From positions 19,976-83,975 of the forward strand of contig CAMRWN010000002.1 of NCBI GenBank assembly GCA_947054455.1: a stretch of 64,000 nucleotides of DNA, read 5' to 3'. Each line of letters begins with the position of its first letter. Within the stretch, counting starts at the first letter, position 1. Positions 26,275-36,219 of this stretch are shown piece by piece. The translations under genes were made by a program, and so were the position numbers. Source of the DNA: an uncultured Alphaproteobacteria bacterium. Its GTDB lineage: Bacteria; Pseudomonadota; Alphaproteobacteria; Rs-D84. Under the pieces are notes generated by a model. It was not told the DNA's origin. It was given only the letters and a program-made list of their open reading frames with translations, and ran no database searches.

Positions 26275-27072
26275 ATGAGCATACATCCAACTGCTATTAT
26301 TCACGACGGTGCCGTTATTGGTGCCGATTGCAAAATCGGGCCGTACTGCATTATCGGGCCGAACGTTGTATTGGGCGAACGTGTGGAATTGATTTCCAAT
26401 GTGGTTATTGACGGCAAGACATCCATCGGCGACGATTCAATCGTTTACCCGTTTGCGGTGCTGGGCGTGATGAGCCAGGATTTGAAATGGCAGGACGAGG
26501 CTGCAATGACCGGCCTGCGCATCGGAAAAAGATGCCGCATCCGCGAATATGCGACAATTCATTCGGGTACGCCGGCGTCGGATGGAACGGTTATTGGCGA
26601 CGACTGCCAGATTATGGTAAACGCGCACGTCGGACACGACTGCAAGGTTGGAAACAGTGTCGTCATGTCCAACTTGGTTCAGGTTGCGGGGCACGTTGAA
26701 ATCGAAGATTTTGCGATTTTGTCGGGCGGTGTCATGGTGCTGCAGTTTGCGCGCATCGGCCGAAATGCCTTTATTGGCGGAATGTCCGGGGTTGGCAATG
26801 ACGTTTTGCCGTACGCAATTTATGACGGCGCGCGCGCGGTTTACCGTACAATCAACCGCGTTGGACTGATGCGCCACGGTTTTACAAACGAAGACATGCA
26901 TGCCATTCATTCGGTATATTCGGCCGTATTCCGCGGCGGGGAAGGAACTGTTTCCGAACGCCTGGCCAAGGTTCGCAAGGAAGTGAAAAACAATAAATAC
27001 GCGATGGATGCAATCGACTTTATCGAAAATCGTTCAAAGCGTGGAATCGGCACGTCCAAAGATGCGGAATAA
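26275..27072 (+). CDS. lpxA: Acyl-ACP--UDP-N-acetylglucosamine O-acyltransferase
   Basis: Left-handed beta-helix hexapeptide repeats with the typical LpxA N-terminus (IHPTAIIHDGAVIG) and length. Confidence 0.88.
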   Translation: MSIHPTAIIHDGAVIGADCKIGPYCIIGPNVVLGERVELISNVVIDGKTSIGDDSIVYPFAVLGVMSQDLKWQDEAAMTGLRIGKRCRIREYATIHSGTPASDGTVIGDDCQIMVNAHVGHDCKVGNSVVMSNLVQVAGHVEIEDFAILSGGVMVLQFARIGRNAFIGGMSGVGNDVLPYAIYDGARAVYRTINRVGLMRHGFTNEDMHAIHSVYSAVFRGGEGTVSERLAKVRKEVKNNKYAMDAIDFIENRSKRGIGTSKDAE

Positions 27073-28201
27073 GCGGTTAAAAATCTTTGTTATTGCGGGC
27101 GAGGTTTCAGGCGATGTTCTGGGCGCGCGCATAATGAATGAAATGCCTGACGCGGAATTTGTCGGCGTCGGTGGTGAAAATATGACGGCCGCCGGGTTGC
27201 GGCCGTTGTTTCCAATGTCTGATTTGGCAGTTATGGGCGTGATAGAGGTTCTGGCCCATGCAAGGACGCTGACGCGCAGGATACGCGAAACAGCGGCCGC
27301 CATTATTGACGCCCGGCCCGATATGGTTTTGACCATTGATGCGCCTGGGTTTGCAAAAAATGTTATCAAGACCGTTAAAAAATCCCCCGCCGGGCAAAAG
27401 CTGATTGCGGACGGATTGCGTTTTCATCATGTGGTCGCCCCCCAGGTGTGGGCGTGGCGTCCGGGGCGTGCAAAAAAATATGCGCGCACATTTGACAGGT
27501 TGTATGCCTTTTTTGATTTTGAAATACCGTATTTCACAAAATATGGACTGGATACGGTTGCCGTCGGCCATCCGATTGCGGACGGTTTGGTTGGTCGCGC
27601 GCGCGCGGCCGGGGGGGCGGAAAAAATAATAACTTTTGTTCCCGGCAGCCGCATGTCAGAGGTTAAAAGACTGCTGCCGGTTTTTCGCGATGTTGCGGAT
27701 ATGATGCACCGCTGCGGATACAGGGACTATAAATTCGCCATTCCAACGGTAGAGACCACAGCACAATACGTTGCAGAAAACACAGCTGACTGGGCTGTGC
27801 GGCCGGAACTGGTGCCGTCTGATGCGCGTTATGATCTGTATTCCAGAACATATGTTGCAATTGTGGCCAGTGGCACCGTATCGGCCGAATTGGCCATGCT
27901 GCATGTGCCGGCGATTGTTGTATACAAGATGAACCCGATAACCACTTGGCTGGTTCGACAGGTTATAAATGTTAAATGGGTTTCGTTGGTAAATATTTTG
28001 TTGAACCGGTGTGTTTATCCTGAATTTTTGGGCGGCGCGGCGCGTGCGGAATGCATAATGGATGCGTTTGGCCAGCTGACGATACCGTCGGTGCGGGAAA
28101 AAATGATTGCGAATCTGGCCACGGCCGACACTCTGTGGCGACGCGCCGGTGGTGCGCCGGCCGCATTGATTGCCGATGATATTCGACGTGCCGTGAAATA
28201 A
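27062..28201 (+). CDS. lpxB: Lipid-A-disaccharide synthase
   Basis: IFVIAGEVSGDVLGA N-terminal motif. Start set at ATG 27062, overlapping the lpxA end by 11 nt. Confidence 0.85.
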   Translation: MRNKRLKIFVIAGEVSGDVLGARIMNEMPDAEFVGVGGENMTAAGLRPLFPMSDLAVMGVIEVLAHARTLTRRIRETAAAIIDARPDMVLTIDAPGFAKNVIKTVKKSPAGQKLIADGLRFHHVVAPQVWAWRPGRAKKYARTFDRLYAFFDFEIPYFTKYGLDTVAVGHPIADGLVGRARAAGGAEKIITFVPGSRMSEVKRLLPVFRDVADMMHRCGYRDYKFAIPTVETTAQYVAENTADWAVRPELVPSDARYDLYSRTYVAIVASGTVSAELAMLHVPAIVVYKMNPITTWLVRQVINVKWVSLVNILLNRCVYPEFLGGAARAECIMDAFGQLTIPSVREKMIANLATADTLWRRAGGAPAALIADDIRRAVK

Positions 28202-28220
28202 ATACGTTTATAAAAATTTG

Positions 28221-28251
28221 TGCCGCCATTGATTGGCGGCATGTTTTTTTT
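28221..28251. terminator. Terminator between lpxB and the convergent 881-aa gene
   Basis: tgccgcc/ggcggca stem followed by an 8-nt T-run. Confidence 0.65.
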
Positions 28252-28274
28252 CGAATGGGCCGGATTTTCGATGC

Positions 28275-30920
28275 CTATAATCCATCCGGCAATGTGTCCA
28301 GAACAGTCGTTCCGGATTTGCAGAATCCCGTGTTCTTGTCGACACTGCCGCCCAGCGGGCAGACCTGGTTTTTATCTGACCACAGGTTCTGGGGCTGTGT
28401 ACACCAGTCATCCGTTTGCGGGGCCGTATCCTGTGTGTCGTACGGCCATACGGTGTATCCCGACTGGCATTGTGCGTCTTTGGGCTTTACATCTTTGACC
28501 GGTATGGCCGGCGTGCATTTCGGACTTTTTCCGTCCTTGCTGCGGCGGGCGCCGTTTTCCCAGCACAGGCATGCGCCCCACGACTGTGTGTCGACCCCCA
28601 GACCGTAATCGCGCGGGCACATGTTTTCGCCCTGCTTTATTCCGTACAGCTGCATGAAATTGCCAGTTCCGGACATGGTGCTGTTGTATTCCTTGGAATT
28701 TTTGAACGTTGATTCGCAGAAATTATTCTGGTTATAGAGGCCCTCTTTTATGAACTGGGTTTCGACAAAACGGCCCTGCAGGTTGGTACACTGCGTCGAC
28801 AGTATGTCGATGATTTGGTTGTATATTTCGGTGGCGACACCTGTGGGGCGCAGATTTCTGTCGGCCAATGTGTATTCTTCGGCGGTGTTGCCGTTGGCGT
28901 CGGTTATTGTTTGCTTTGTTTTGTTAAGCAGACCGTACTTTATATATTTTGTATTGTCGGTATTTGCATTCGAAGGCCAGTAGTAAATGGTTCCGCTGAT
29001 GCTGGATTTGCCCTTGTTTGCGGTTATGGTATCGAATCCGCCGAATGCTTCCTCTATCATTTTTTCATCGCTGCACGACGGTATTTCAGACAGTTGCTTG
29101 GCGCATTCAGACTTGTATTTTTTTGTCGGGTTGGCCGGGTCGCCGCTCAGCTCGTACAGAGAGAACCAGTTTGCCGCCTGTTCCGTGGTAATCAGACCGC
29201 TATAGGGATAATAAAAGTTTTCGTATCCGCTGCCGCCGAACTTGTCAAAGCATTGTTTCGCGACTGCGCGGCATGCCGCCAACGTGTCCGTGTTTTCACG
29301 TTTTTCAATGTACTGCGATATAATGTCGCCGTCAAACATGTTGTTGCACGACTGTACGTAATCTTTGCACAACTGACCGTTCAATGCCACGCGGTCTGGC
29401 TGCAGTACGACGCTGCTGTCGCCAATAAGCTCCTTCATTGCTGCGGTCAGGGCCGCATCGCCGTTCATGTAGCATGTGGATACAAAATCAAAACATCCCT
29501 GCTTGATTTCCGAAACCTTGGCTTTTTGGGCATAGTATATGTCCAGCATAGCCTTGTCCAGGTATTCGTCCCACACGACATCCGCCTGCTCGCGGCATTT
29601 GTCCAGCGCCGGTTCTGCAAACTTTTTTACGCGCTTTTCAAAATTTTGAACAAATGTCCTGTTGTTTTTGATTTTTGACAGCTTTTGCGTGGCTATGTCC
29701 GTCCCGTCATTAAAGGTCAGCAATTCTTCCAATTCATAAAAACGTACCACGCCGGCGATTGGCGCGCCGGTCGACACGTCTATGAATTCGCCGTTGTCCA
29801 GACATTTGCGGTATCCTGGGCCGCAAACCTCGCTGCTCAGAACGGCCGCCTCGACATTGTTCAGGCATGTCGTGATGTCGTCAGAATTATGTTTCTGGCG
29901 ATTTTCCACGCGTGCCAAATCCAACATTGCGCTGCCTTCGCGGACGGCGGATTTTATCTGTTTCTGCTTTTCTTCTATGGCGGTCTGGACTGTGTTGCAG
30001 TCCTGTTCAATCGCCATCAGATATGCGGTGATTGCACGCTGCAGCGATGCGTCGTTGCAGTCTGCCTTGACCGCCTGGCGGCACTGGGGATAGACAGCGC
30101 TGTACAAATTTTGCCCGTTATATGACGCCACCGCCTGCCCCGCGTCCAATGTGCCAAATGCGTTTGTCGTATCAAATGACAGATTTATGCTGTTCAAATC
30201 CGAATACTTGCCGCCGACGCTGGTGTCGCCGCCGCGTATGGAATTCATTATAGCCTGCAACAGCGCCTTGGATGCGGACGTGTCCGTGGTCAGGGCATTT
30301 TCCCCTTCGGACGCGTTGCGCATTGCCGTCGCCTGTGCGGCGGTCATTCCGACAACGTCCAGATTTTCTGTAAAAACGGTCAGCTGATTGCCGGCCTGTT
30401 GCATGACCGTGCGGATTTCCGACAGTTCGTTGACGCGGTTGCTGCAGGAACAACGTCTATAATCGTCGTTTTTGAATTGACAGAACTGGTCCATACATGT
30501 GAAATATGCGGTTTTACAGCGTTCGTATTCCGCGCCGGTCCGTGTTTCAGATGCGGCTGCAGTATTTGCTGTCGCCGCCGCGCGTGATGTCTGGACCCCC
30601 GACGGGCGTGATGACACGGTCTGGCGCGCAGTTGCGGTCGCCTGGGGCGTGGCGGCGCGTGAAGACACGCTTTGCACGGTGTTTGATGCAGCCCTTGTGG
30701 TTGTGGGGCTTACCGCGCGTCCAGCGGTTGCGCGTACGGACGCGCGCGACGCCGTGGCCGGTGCCAGCACGGTTTGACGTGCGGATCCGCGGTCAGACTT
30801 TGCCGTTGTGGAAATCCGGGTTTGCGTGTTTGTCCGCGATGTGGCATTACCATCACGCACGGCGGCATTGGCAACGCCCCCGGCCAGCATGATTGCGGCA
30901 AAAATCAGAATTTTCTTCAT
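28275..30920 (-). CDS. Large secreted Cys-containing protein, paralog A
   Basis: 881 aa with signal peptide MKKILIFAAIMLAGGVANA, an S/T/A/R-rich linker, then YERCKTAYFTCMDQFC..RCSCS and a further conserved Cys pattern shared with 32404-34527. Confidence 0.75.
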   Translation of the reverse strand: MKKILIFAAIMLAGGVANAAVRDGNATSRTNTQTRISTTAKSDRGSARQTVLAPATASRASVRATAGRAVSPTTTRAASNTVQSVSSRAATPQATATARQTVSSRPSGVQTSRAAATANTAAASETRTGAEYERCKTAYFTCMDQFCQFKNDDYRRCSCSNRVNELSEIRTVMQQAGNQLTVFTENLDVVGMTAAQATAMRNASEGENALTTDTSASKALLQAIMNSIRGGDTSVGGKYSDLNSINLSFDTTNAFGTLDAGQAVASYNGQNLYSAVYPQCRQAVKADCNDASLQRAITAYLMAIEQDCNTVQTAIEEKQKQIKSAVREGSAMLDLARVENRQKHNSDDITTCLNNVEAAVLSSEVCGPGYRKCLDNGEFIDVSTGAPIAGVVRFYELEELLTFNDGTDIATQKLSKIKNNRTFVQNFEKRVKKFAEPALDKCREQADVVWDEYLDKAMLDIYYAQKAKVSEIKQGCFDFVSTCYMNGDAALTAAMKELIGDSSVVLQPDRVALNGQLCKDYVQSCNNMFDGDIISQYIEKRENTDTLAACRAVAKQCFDKFGGSGYENFYYPYSGLITTEQAANWFSLYELSGDPANPTKKYKSECAKQLSEIPSCSDEKMIEEAFGGFDTITANKGKSSISGTIYYWPSNANTDNTKYIKYGLLNKTKQTITDANGNTAEEYTLADRNLRPTGVATEIYNQIIDILSTQCTNLQGRFVETQFIKEGLYNQNNFCESTFKNSKEYNSTMSGTGNFMQLYGIKQGENMCPRDYGLGVDTQSWGACLCWENGARRSKDGKSPKCTPAIPVKDVKPKDAQCQSGYTVWPYDTQDTAPQTDDWCTQPQNLWSDKNQVCPLGGSVDKNTGFCKSGTTVLDTLPDGL

Positions 30921-31062
30921 CTCTGTTGAAATCTTAGCAAAATTCGGAATTTCAGGGCAAGCAAAATATGATGCTTTGTTGCGGCGTTGACGGTGATTAA
31001 TCCCTTGTTATTTTGTGCGTATTTATTCATAATAAATCATATATATACCAAGGGAATGGAAA

Positions 31063-31986
31063 ATGGCGATAACATACGACAAGGGACGCAAGGATATAAC
31101 TTTTTGCACAATGTTGTTCAAAATGCCGGCGCAGCAGGATTTGAACGCGCTGAAACATATGGAACGAAAGTTTGAAAACTTTTATTTGCCGTCCTTGCGA
31201 AAACTGGTGGAAACGTTTGGGCGTGTCGCACTGTGGTGCGATTGCCAGACGGCGCAATATCTGCGTGATGCGGGACTGGATTCCCAGATTCAGATGCGCG
31301 TCATGGATTTTTCAGATTTGCCCCACTATGCGGAACGGGACCAGTGGCTGCAGATTTTGGAATCCATGCGCGGGAAAACGGGATATCTGTTGCATCACAA
31401 GACGCCGGCCCAATGGGTTGACTATCTGATATTGATTGCAGCAAAGCCCGCGGTCATGAATTGGGCGGCGGAAAACAATCAGTTTAATTCGGAATATTTC
31501 ATGTGGATTGATGCGGGTTCATTTCATCCGATGTATGCGCATTTTTGGAACAACTGGACCGGGCGTGTTGATGCAACACCGACGCGCGTGCGTATAACTG
31601 CGGCGCCCACACTGGGCAAAACGCGTCCGCGGTTTGTGCCGAAATTTATCCATAACATATACCGGCGCTGGCGCGGGCCGATTGGACCCGCCACCGCCCA
31701 GACCATGGCACGCCAGAATTTGACTGACATCGCAATGATAAACGCGGATTATGACATCCCGGCCAGTTCGTTTATGATGCCGCGTTCGTGGGTCGGCGAA
31801 TTTTACAATACGTTTGAACGTACGCGTCGCATAATGAAGAAACACGGACTGGTTTCAACAGAACAGGCCGTTTTTCAGGCGATGATGAAATATGACGTTG
31901 ACGGCATGTTCGAGGTTTCTTATATCCATGGATACGACGGAGTGTATGCGGCGGTTGCGGCCAAAAACGCCGATCATTTGATGTAG
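31063..31986 (+). CDS. HtrL/WlaTC-like putative glycosyltransferase (tentative)
   Basis: 307 aa. FMWIDAGSF and the overall layout resemble the HtrL_YibB/WlaTC family, from memory only. Confidence 0.45.
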   Translation: MAITYDKGRKDITFCTMLFKMPAQQDLNALKHMERKFENFYLPSLRKLVETFGRVALWCDCQTAQYLRDAGLDSQIQMRVMDFSDLPHYAERDQWLQILESMRGKTGYLLHHKTPAQWVDYLILIAAKPAVMNWAAENNQFNSEYFMWIDAGSFHPMYAHFWNNWTGRVDATPTRVRITAAPTLGKTRPRFVPKFIHNIYRRWRGPIGPATAQTMARQNLTDIAMINADYDIPASSFMMPRSWVGEFYNTFERTRRIMKKHGLVSTEQAVFQAMMKYDVDGMFEVSYIHGYDGVYAAVAAKNADHLM

Positions 31987-31995
31987 TTGATTGTA

Positions 31996-32018
31996 AACCG
32001 CCCAACCGGCGGTTTTTT
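31996..32018 (+). terminator. Rho-independent terminator
   Basis: aaccgcc/ggcggtt stem followed by a T-run. Confidence 0.6.
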
Positions 32019-32108
32019 GTTGAATTGAAAATAATTGATTTTTCTTGTTGCAAAACACAAACATTTGCGTTATTATTCACATCGCTTTGATAACAGAAGC
32101 GTTTTGAT

Positions 32109-32195
32109 GGGCATATGGCGGAATTGGTAGACGCGCTAGTTTCAGGTACTAGTGGTAGCAATACCTTGGAAGTTCGAGTCTTCTTATGCCCACCA
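32109..32195 (+). tRNA. tRNA-Leu (anticodon CAG)
   Basis: Acceptor gggcata/tatgccc, GGCGGAATTGGTAGAC D-arm, anticodon loop ttCAGgt, long variable arm, encoded CCA. Confidence 0.9.
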
Positions 32196-32200
32196 GTTTT

Positions 32201-32276
32201 GGGGTTGTAGCTCAGTTGATAGAGCGCTACGTTCGCATCGTAGAGGTCGTGGGTTTGAGTCCCATCAGCTCCACCA
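32201..32276 (+). tRNA. tRNA-Ala (anticodon CGC)
   Basis: G3:U70 pair in the acceptor stem, anticodon loop ttCGCat, T-arm gggtttgagtccc, encoded CCA. Confidence 0.9.
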
Positions 32277-32282
32277 ATATAA

Positions 32283-32306
32283 CCGGCGGATTTCCGCCGG
32301 TTTTTG
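32283..32306 (+). terminator. Terminator after the tRNA pair
   Basis: ccggcgga/tccgccgg stem followed by a T-run. Confidence 0.6.
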
Positions 32307-32403
32307 TTTACACCAATTGATATTTCTGATATAATTCCGTTTGAGTCCGATGGGAATTGGGTTCGGGTTTTCAAGCCCCATATTTCTTGTGGTGCACGGT
32401 GCG

Positions 32404-34527
32404 ATGTATAAACGGATATTAGTTGTATTTTCAGTAATTTTGTTAAGCTGGCCGTTTAATTGTCGTGCGCGCATCAATTCGGGGCGCGCATTGACAGGAC
32501 GGCAAAATGTTGTTCGCCAGCGTGAAACAGCATCGCGCGCCGTTGTTGCGCGCACGGCCGTGGGCGGCGTTGCAACGACCCGCGACGATATGGAACAGTT
32601 GGCGAATTTTACGGAGTATTGTCGCACGCAATATACGTCTTGTATGGATAATTTCTGCAATGTTCTGGATGAAGCCCAGGGCCGGTGCAGCTGCAGCGCA
32701 AATCTGAAAAACTATGCCAAAACCGAAGGCGCGCTGAAAAATGCAGCCGAAACTTTGCGGGATATTACGCAACAGATTCAGTATATTGGTCTGACGGCCG
32801 GCGAAATTGATGCCCTGTTTAAGCAGACCGAAGCCGAACAGGCCATTCAACAGAAGTCGGATAACACACAGTTAAAAAACAGTCTGGATAGTATCAGGAA
32901 CATGATTGTTGATGTAAAATCTGGTACGGCCGCATCTGTCGAAACCGGGATTGGTGCTGATTTGTCCGGATTGTTGGACGTCGGTATCGGGGGCGTTTTT
33001 ACCCCTGCCCCTGTCTTTGATTTCAGCGCCCCTGCCGCCGGCATCGGGAATCGGCGCGGCGCAGACTTGTACAAAACAGCGGCCGCACGATGCAAGGCCT
33101 CTGTCTTGAACAATTGCACGGCCCGTGGTGTTGATGCCGGTGTGTTAATTAATGCGTATGATTTGGAAATAGACAGACAATGCATCGCCTATGAACGCAG
33201 TTTGAAGGACAGGAACACGGAAATGGGCCAGATGGTGCGAAATGCGCAAAGCGTGCTGCAAAAGGCGCGTTTGTCGGTTGCGCGCCAAAAGAATGTATAC
33301 GACCTGCGCGGGTGCATAAATGCACTGGATTCGTGCATGCAGGATGATTTTGTATGCGGGGCTGATTATAAAAACTGCCTGGATCCAACCGGCAAATACA
33401 TTGTTTCCGGCCAGATAGTCGCAGGGGCTGATTTAGGACGCGCCCCGGTGCCGACAGAGGCCGAAATATCTAATTATCTGCGTTCAAAAATCGGTACACC
33501 CGATAGCGGGGGAATGTGCGCATCAGTAATGTTGAAATGTCAAAATTCTGTGATAAAGGATGGCAGGTATACCCCCGATAATCCGCTGATGACGCAATAT
33601 CTGACGCGTACGGTGCCGCGGATAAAGATGTTTCGCGCAGACGTGGTGAACAATTATGCGGCATCGTGTGTTGCGGATGTTTCGGCATGTATCAATCAGA
33701 ACGGATACAGCGGCCGCCCGGACATCGCAATCGGGGCGTGTATGGCGCCTATCCGTACCTGCAGAAGCCTGACTGATGAAAATGGCGGAAACGATATTGC
33801 CGCCATTCGTGAATGGCTGACGACAGTTTTAGGGAACAAGTTCACGGCGGACAATGAATCTGACAAGTGGCCGGGGGTGGCCGCATTTCCGGATGCAAAT
33901 GTTGAAATTTCGGTCGGCGAAGACGAGCTGAATATAATGCGCCGGCAGGATATGGATGCCTGTCTGTCAATCGGTAATACCAAGGTTTCACAATCCGGCG
34001 CGATGTGTATCGTATACGGTAAAAACGGCCAGGAATCCGAAGCGTCCGTCCTGGCGCGTGCCAAACAGGCCGTATCCATGTATGGGGGCGTTGTAGCGTA
34101 CAAGGTGTCCAAGGGTCAAGGCCAGTCGGAAGGTGTCGCCAAGATTTCAGATGTTCATGTGTATATGTATATGATGCGTTTTGCATATTATCAGGCAAAA
34201 AAGGAATGTGAATATTTGGGCGGTACTTTGCGAGCCGTGTTGGGGTCTCTGACAGAATGGCCCGCCTGCCAGAAAATTCCGGCGGATGATTTGGCGCAAT
34301 GCAAAAAGTATGAACATTCGCGTTATCCCGCCAACGTGCCGGAACGTATCGGGCCGCTGGCCGTGGGTTCTCAATCTTTTTATGACGATGCGAACAAACT
34401 TTGCACCATTTCGGCACATGGCGCCTATTTCCTGGGCAAGGATATTATTGGCAAATGCCAGGAAAATATCGGCGCAATTGCAAATCCAAATGACCCGGGC
34501 GAGTGCATTGTGCCAAATCGTAAATAA
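32404..34527 (+). CDS. Large secreted Cys-containing protein, paralog B
   Basis: Signal peptide MYKRILVVFSVILLSWPFNCRA, with start set at ATG 32404. FTEYCRTQYTSCMDNFC..RCSCS is colinear with the 881-aa protein. Confidence 0.75.
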   Translation: MYKRILVVFSVILLSWPFNCRARINSGRALTGRQNVVRQRETASRAVVARTAVGGVATTRDDMEQLANFTEYCRTQYTSCMDNFCNVLDEAQGRCSCSANLKNYAKTEGALKNAAETLRDITQQIQYIGLTAGEIDALFKQTEAEQAIQQKSDNTQLKNSLDSIRNMIVDVKSGTAASVETGIGADLSGLLDVGIGGVFTPAPVFDFSAPAAGIGNRRGADLYKTAAARCKASVLNNCTARGVDAGVLINAYDLEIDRQCIAYERSLKDRNTEMGQMVRNAQSVLQKARLSVARQKNVYDLRGCINALDSCMQDDFVCGADYKNCLDPTGKYIVSGQIVAGADLGRAPVPTEAEISNYLRSKIGTPDSGGMCASVMLKCQNSVIKDGRYTPDNPLMTQYLTRTVPRIKMFRADVVNNYAASCVADVSACINQNGYSGRPDIAIGACMAPIRTCRSLTDENGGNDIAAIREWLTTVLGNKFTADNESDKWPGVAAFPDANVEISVGEDELNIMRRQDMDACLSIGNTKVSQSGAMCIVYGKNGQESEASVLARAKQAVSMYGGVVAYKVSKGQGQSEGVAKISDVHVYMYMMRFAYYQAKKECEYLGGTLRAVLGSLTEWPACQKIPADDLAQCKKYEHSRYPANVPERIGPLAVGSQSFYDDANKLCTISAHGAYFLGKDIIGKCQENIGAIANPNDPGECIVPNRK

Positions 34528-34554
34528 AAACACCCCGGCTGGGGCGTATTCTTC

Positions 34555-34641
34555 TGGTGGGGATAGTGGGACTCGAACCCACACGGTTGCAATAACCAAA
34601 GGATTTTAAGTCCTCAGCGTCTACCATTCCGCCATATCCCC
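34555..34641 (-). tRNA. tRNA-Leu (anticodon UAA)
   Basis: Reverse complement gives ggggatatggcggaatggtagac.., anticodon loop ctTAAaa, long variable arm, encoded CCA. Confidence 0.88.
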
Positions 34642-34757
34642 TAAAATTCATTGCATGTGCGGATAAAATCTTATCAGCATCATAAATGCCGCGCAACAAA
34701 AAAATACCCACGTGGCCGATGGCCGCGTGGCCATGTGAGATATAGAGGAATATAAAT

Positions 34758-35573
34758 ATGGTAAAATATGTGAATACTTATATGGGACTACAATTATCTG
34801 CATCAGAAAATAGTGTCGAATATATTTACAATGCTATTGTTGCTCCCCTTTTTGAATTTAAATTTGACATTCCCCGTCAAGATGTGCCGCTTTCTTTTGT
34901 TGGAAAGATAAGGGATGTGGGTATTGACAGCTTAGATTTTGTTGAATTTCAGATGGAGATCGATAAGGCGCTGTTTTCAGTAGGAGTCTATAGTAAAGTT
35001 ATGGCCGACAAGATTAATGATATGGCTGCAGAAGGCAAATTTAGTATGCGTCGTCTATGTGAAATAATTTGCGATGTTCGTGCAAACCCGGGAAATTATG
35101 GATTAACAGAATCTGATTTTCGCGTTCCCTATATTAATGCGTCTTATACGCCGACCCAGAATTTACAGCAAAAGCCCTTGCATGTTGCGGCCCCGGTTGT
35201 CCATGCGGCCGCTTCAAAAGTCCCGGTTGTTGCGCCATCTAAACCCGCTGCTGCCCTTGCCGGAAAAGTGGCCGGTCGCAGTGTTGCAGATATAGAAAAC
35301 GATATCAACATCACACACCAAGATATAAATATATTGCTGCAGAAATTAATAGTTTTGCAAAACGAATTGGTTGATGCCAGGGTTGCGCAGGCTGTTGCGG
35401 CGCACAGCGCGGCGGCCGCACCTGCACCTGTGGAAAAGACAATGGCCGCACCGGTAAAAAAGATATCCAAGGCCAAGGGTAAAGTTGTCGCAGATAATGC
35501 GGCGGCCGCACTGGAACAGGCAAAAACTGTATCCAAAGCACGCCTTGCTGCCAATAATGGCAAACAGCGCTAG
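34758..35573 (+). CDS. ACP-like domain protein with Ala/Lys-rich C-terminal region
   Basis: 271 aa. VGIDSLDFVEFQMEIDKAL matches the phosphopantetheine-attachment (DSL) motif of acyl carrier proteins. The C-terminal ~140 aa are low-complexity A/P/K/V with a coiled-coil-like stretch. Confidence 0.6.
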   Translation: MVKYVNTYMGLQLSASENSVEYIYNAIVAPLFEFKFDIPRQDVPLSFVGKIRDVGIDSLDFVEFQMEIDKALFSVGVYSKVMADKINDMAAEGKFSMRRLCEIICDVRANPGNYGLTESDFRVPYINASYTPTQNLQQKPLHVAAPVVHAAASKVPVVAPSKPAAALAGKVAGRSVADIENDINITHQDINILLQKLIVLQNELVDARVAQAVAAHSAAAAPAPVEKTMAAPVKKISKAKGKVVADNAAAALEQAKTVSKARLAANNGKQR

Positions 35574-35580
35574 ATTTATA

Positions 35581-35614
35581 CGGCATTTGAGAATTTGTCA
35601 AATGCCGTTTTTTA
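35581..35614 (+). terminator. Rho-independent terminator
   Basis: cggcatttga/tcaaatgccg 10-bp stem followed by a T-run. Confidence 0.7.
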
Positions 35615-35690
35615 TTGGTTTAAGTGGCATTTTTTAACAAAAATAATTGACATAATTTCAACCCGATGATAGCATATCTTCCTGATATAT

Positions 35691-35767
35691 GGATGAGTAG
35701 CTCAGTTGGTTAGAGCACCACGTTCACATCGTGGGGGTCGCTGGTTCGAGTCCAGTCTCATCCACCA
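35691..35767 (+). tRNA. tRNA-Val (anticodon CAC)
   Basis: ggatgagtagctcagttggttagagc.., anticodon loop ttCACat, encoded CCA. Followed by terminator 35777-35806. Confidence 0.9.
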
Positions 35768-35827
35768 GAATTAAAAAATCGTCCATTCGGACGATTTTTA
35801 TTTTTCATACCTATATACCGTGGTGTT

Positions 35828-36145
35828 TTAACGCAATCCCTTGGCACGGCAGCATGCGGCGGCCGCCGCCTTCCAGTCGGAATATTGTTTCGAAGGATTG
35901 CGCAGGTCTTTCCACGCCTGCCATCCGGCGCATTTCTTGTTGGTGCCCGTACCCGTGCATTTTGCATAGCGGCGCAGCGAGCATGTCTGATTTGAAACCT
36001 TACCTGTGTCGGTTGTGCATTTTACAACGACATTTTGGTTTTTGGCGTCGCCCTTGCCCAGTTCTTTGGACGACAAAACCTGGTATGCGTTCGCACCACC
36101 AATGCACATTGCAAAAACCAGTAATCCTGATAATAGTTTTTTCAT
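35828..36145 (-). CDS. Small secreted Cys-rich protein
   Basis: 105 aa with signal peptide MKKLLSGLLVFAMCIGGANA and 7 Cys in the mature part. Confidence 0.6.
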   Translation of the reverse strand: MKKLLSGLLVFAMCIGGANAYQVLSSKELGKGDAKNQNVVVKCTTDTGKVSNQTCSLRRYAKCTGTGTNKKCAGWQAWKDLRNPSKQYSDWKAAAAACCRAKGLR

Positions 36146-36219
36146 GCCGTTCCCCCTTTGGTATATTTTGGTTTACATATTGATTATAAACGACGCGGAC
36201 TGTAAAAACAATGGGTATT

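Noticed and set aside
28815-29678. 287-aa plus-strand ORF (with many similar 60-170-aa ORFs throughout GC-rich genes).
   Set aside because: It is antisense to the 881-aa secreted protein gene. These are shadow ORFs with no SD and no motifs.
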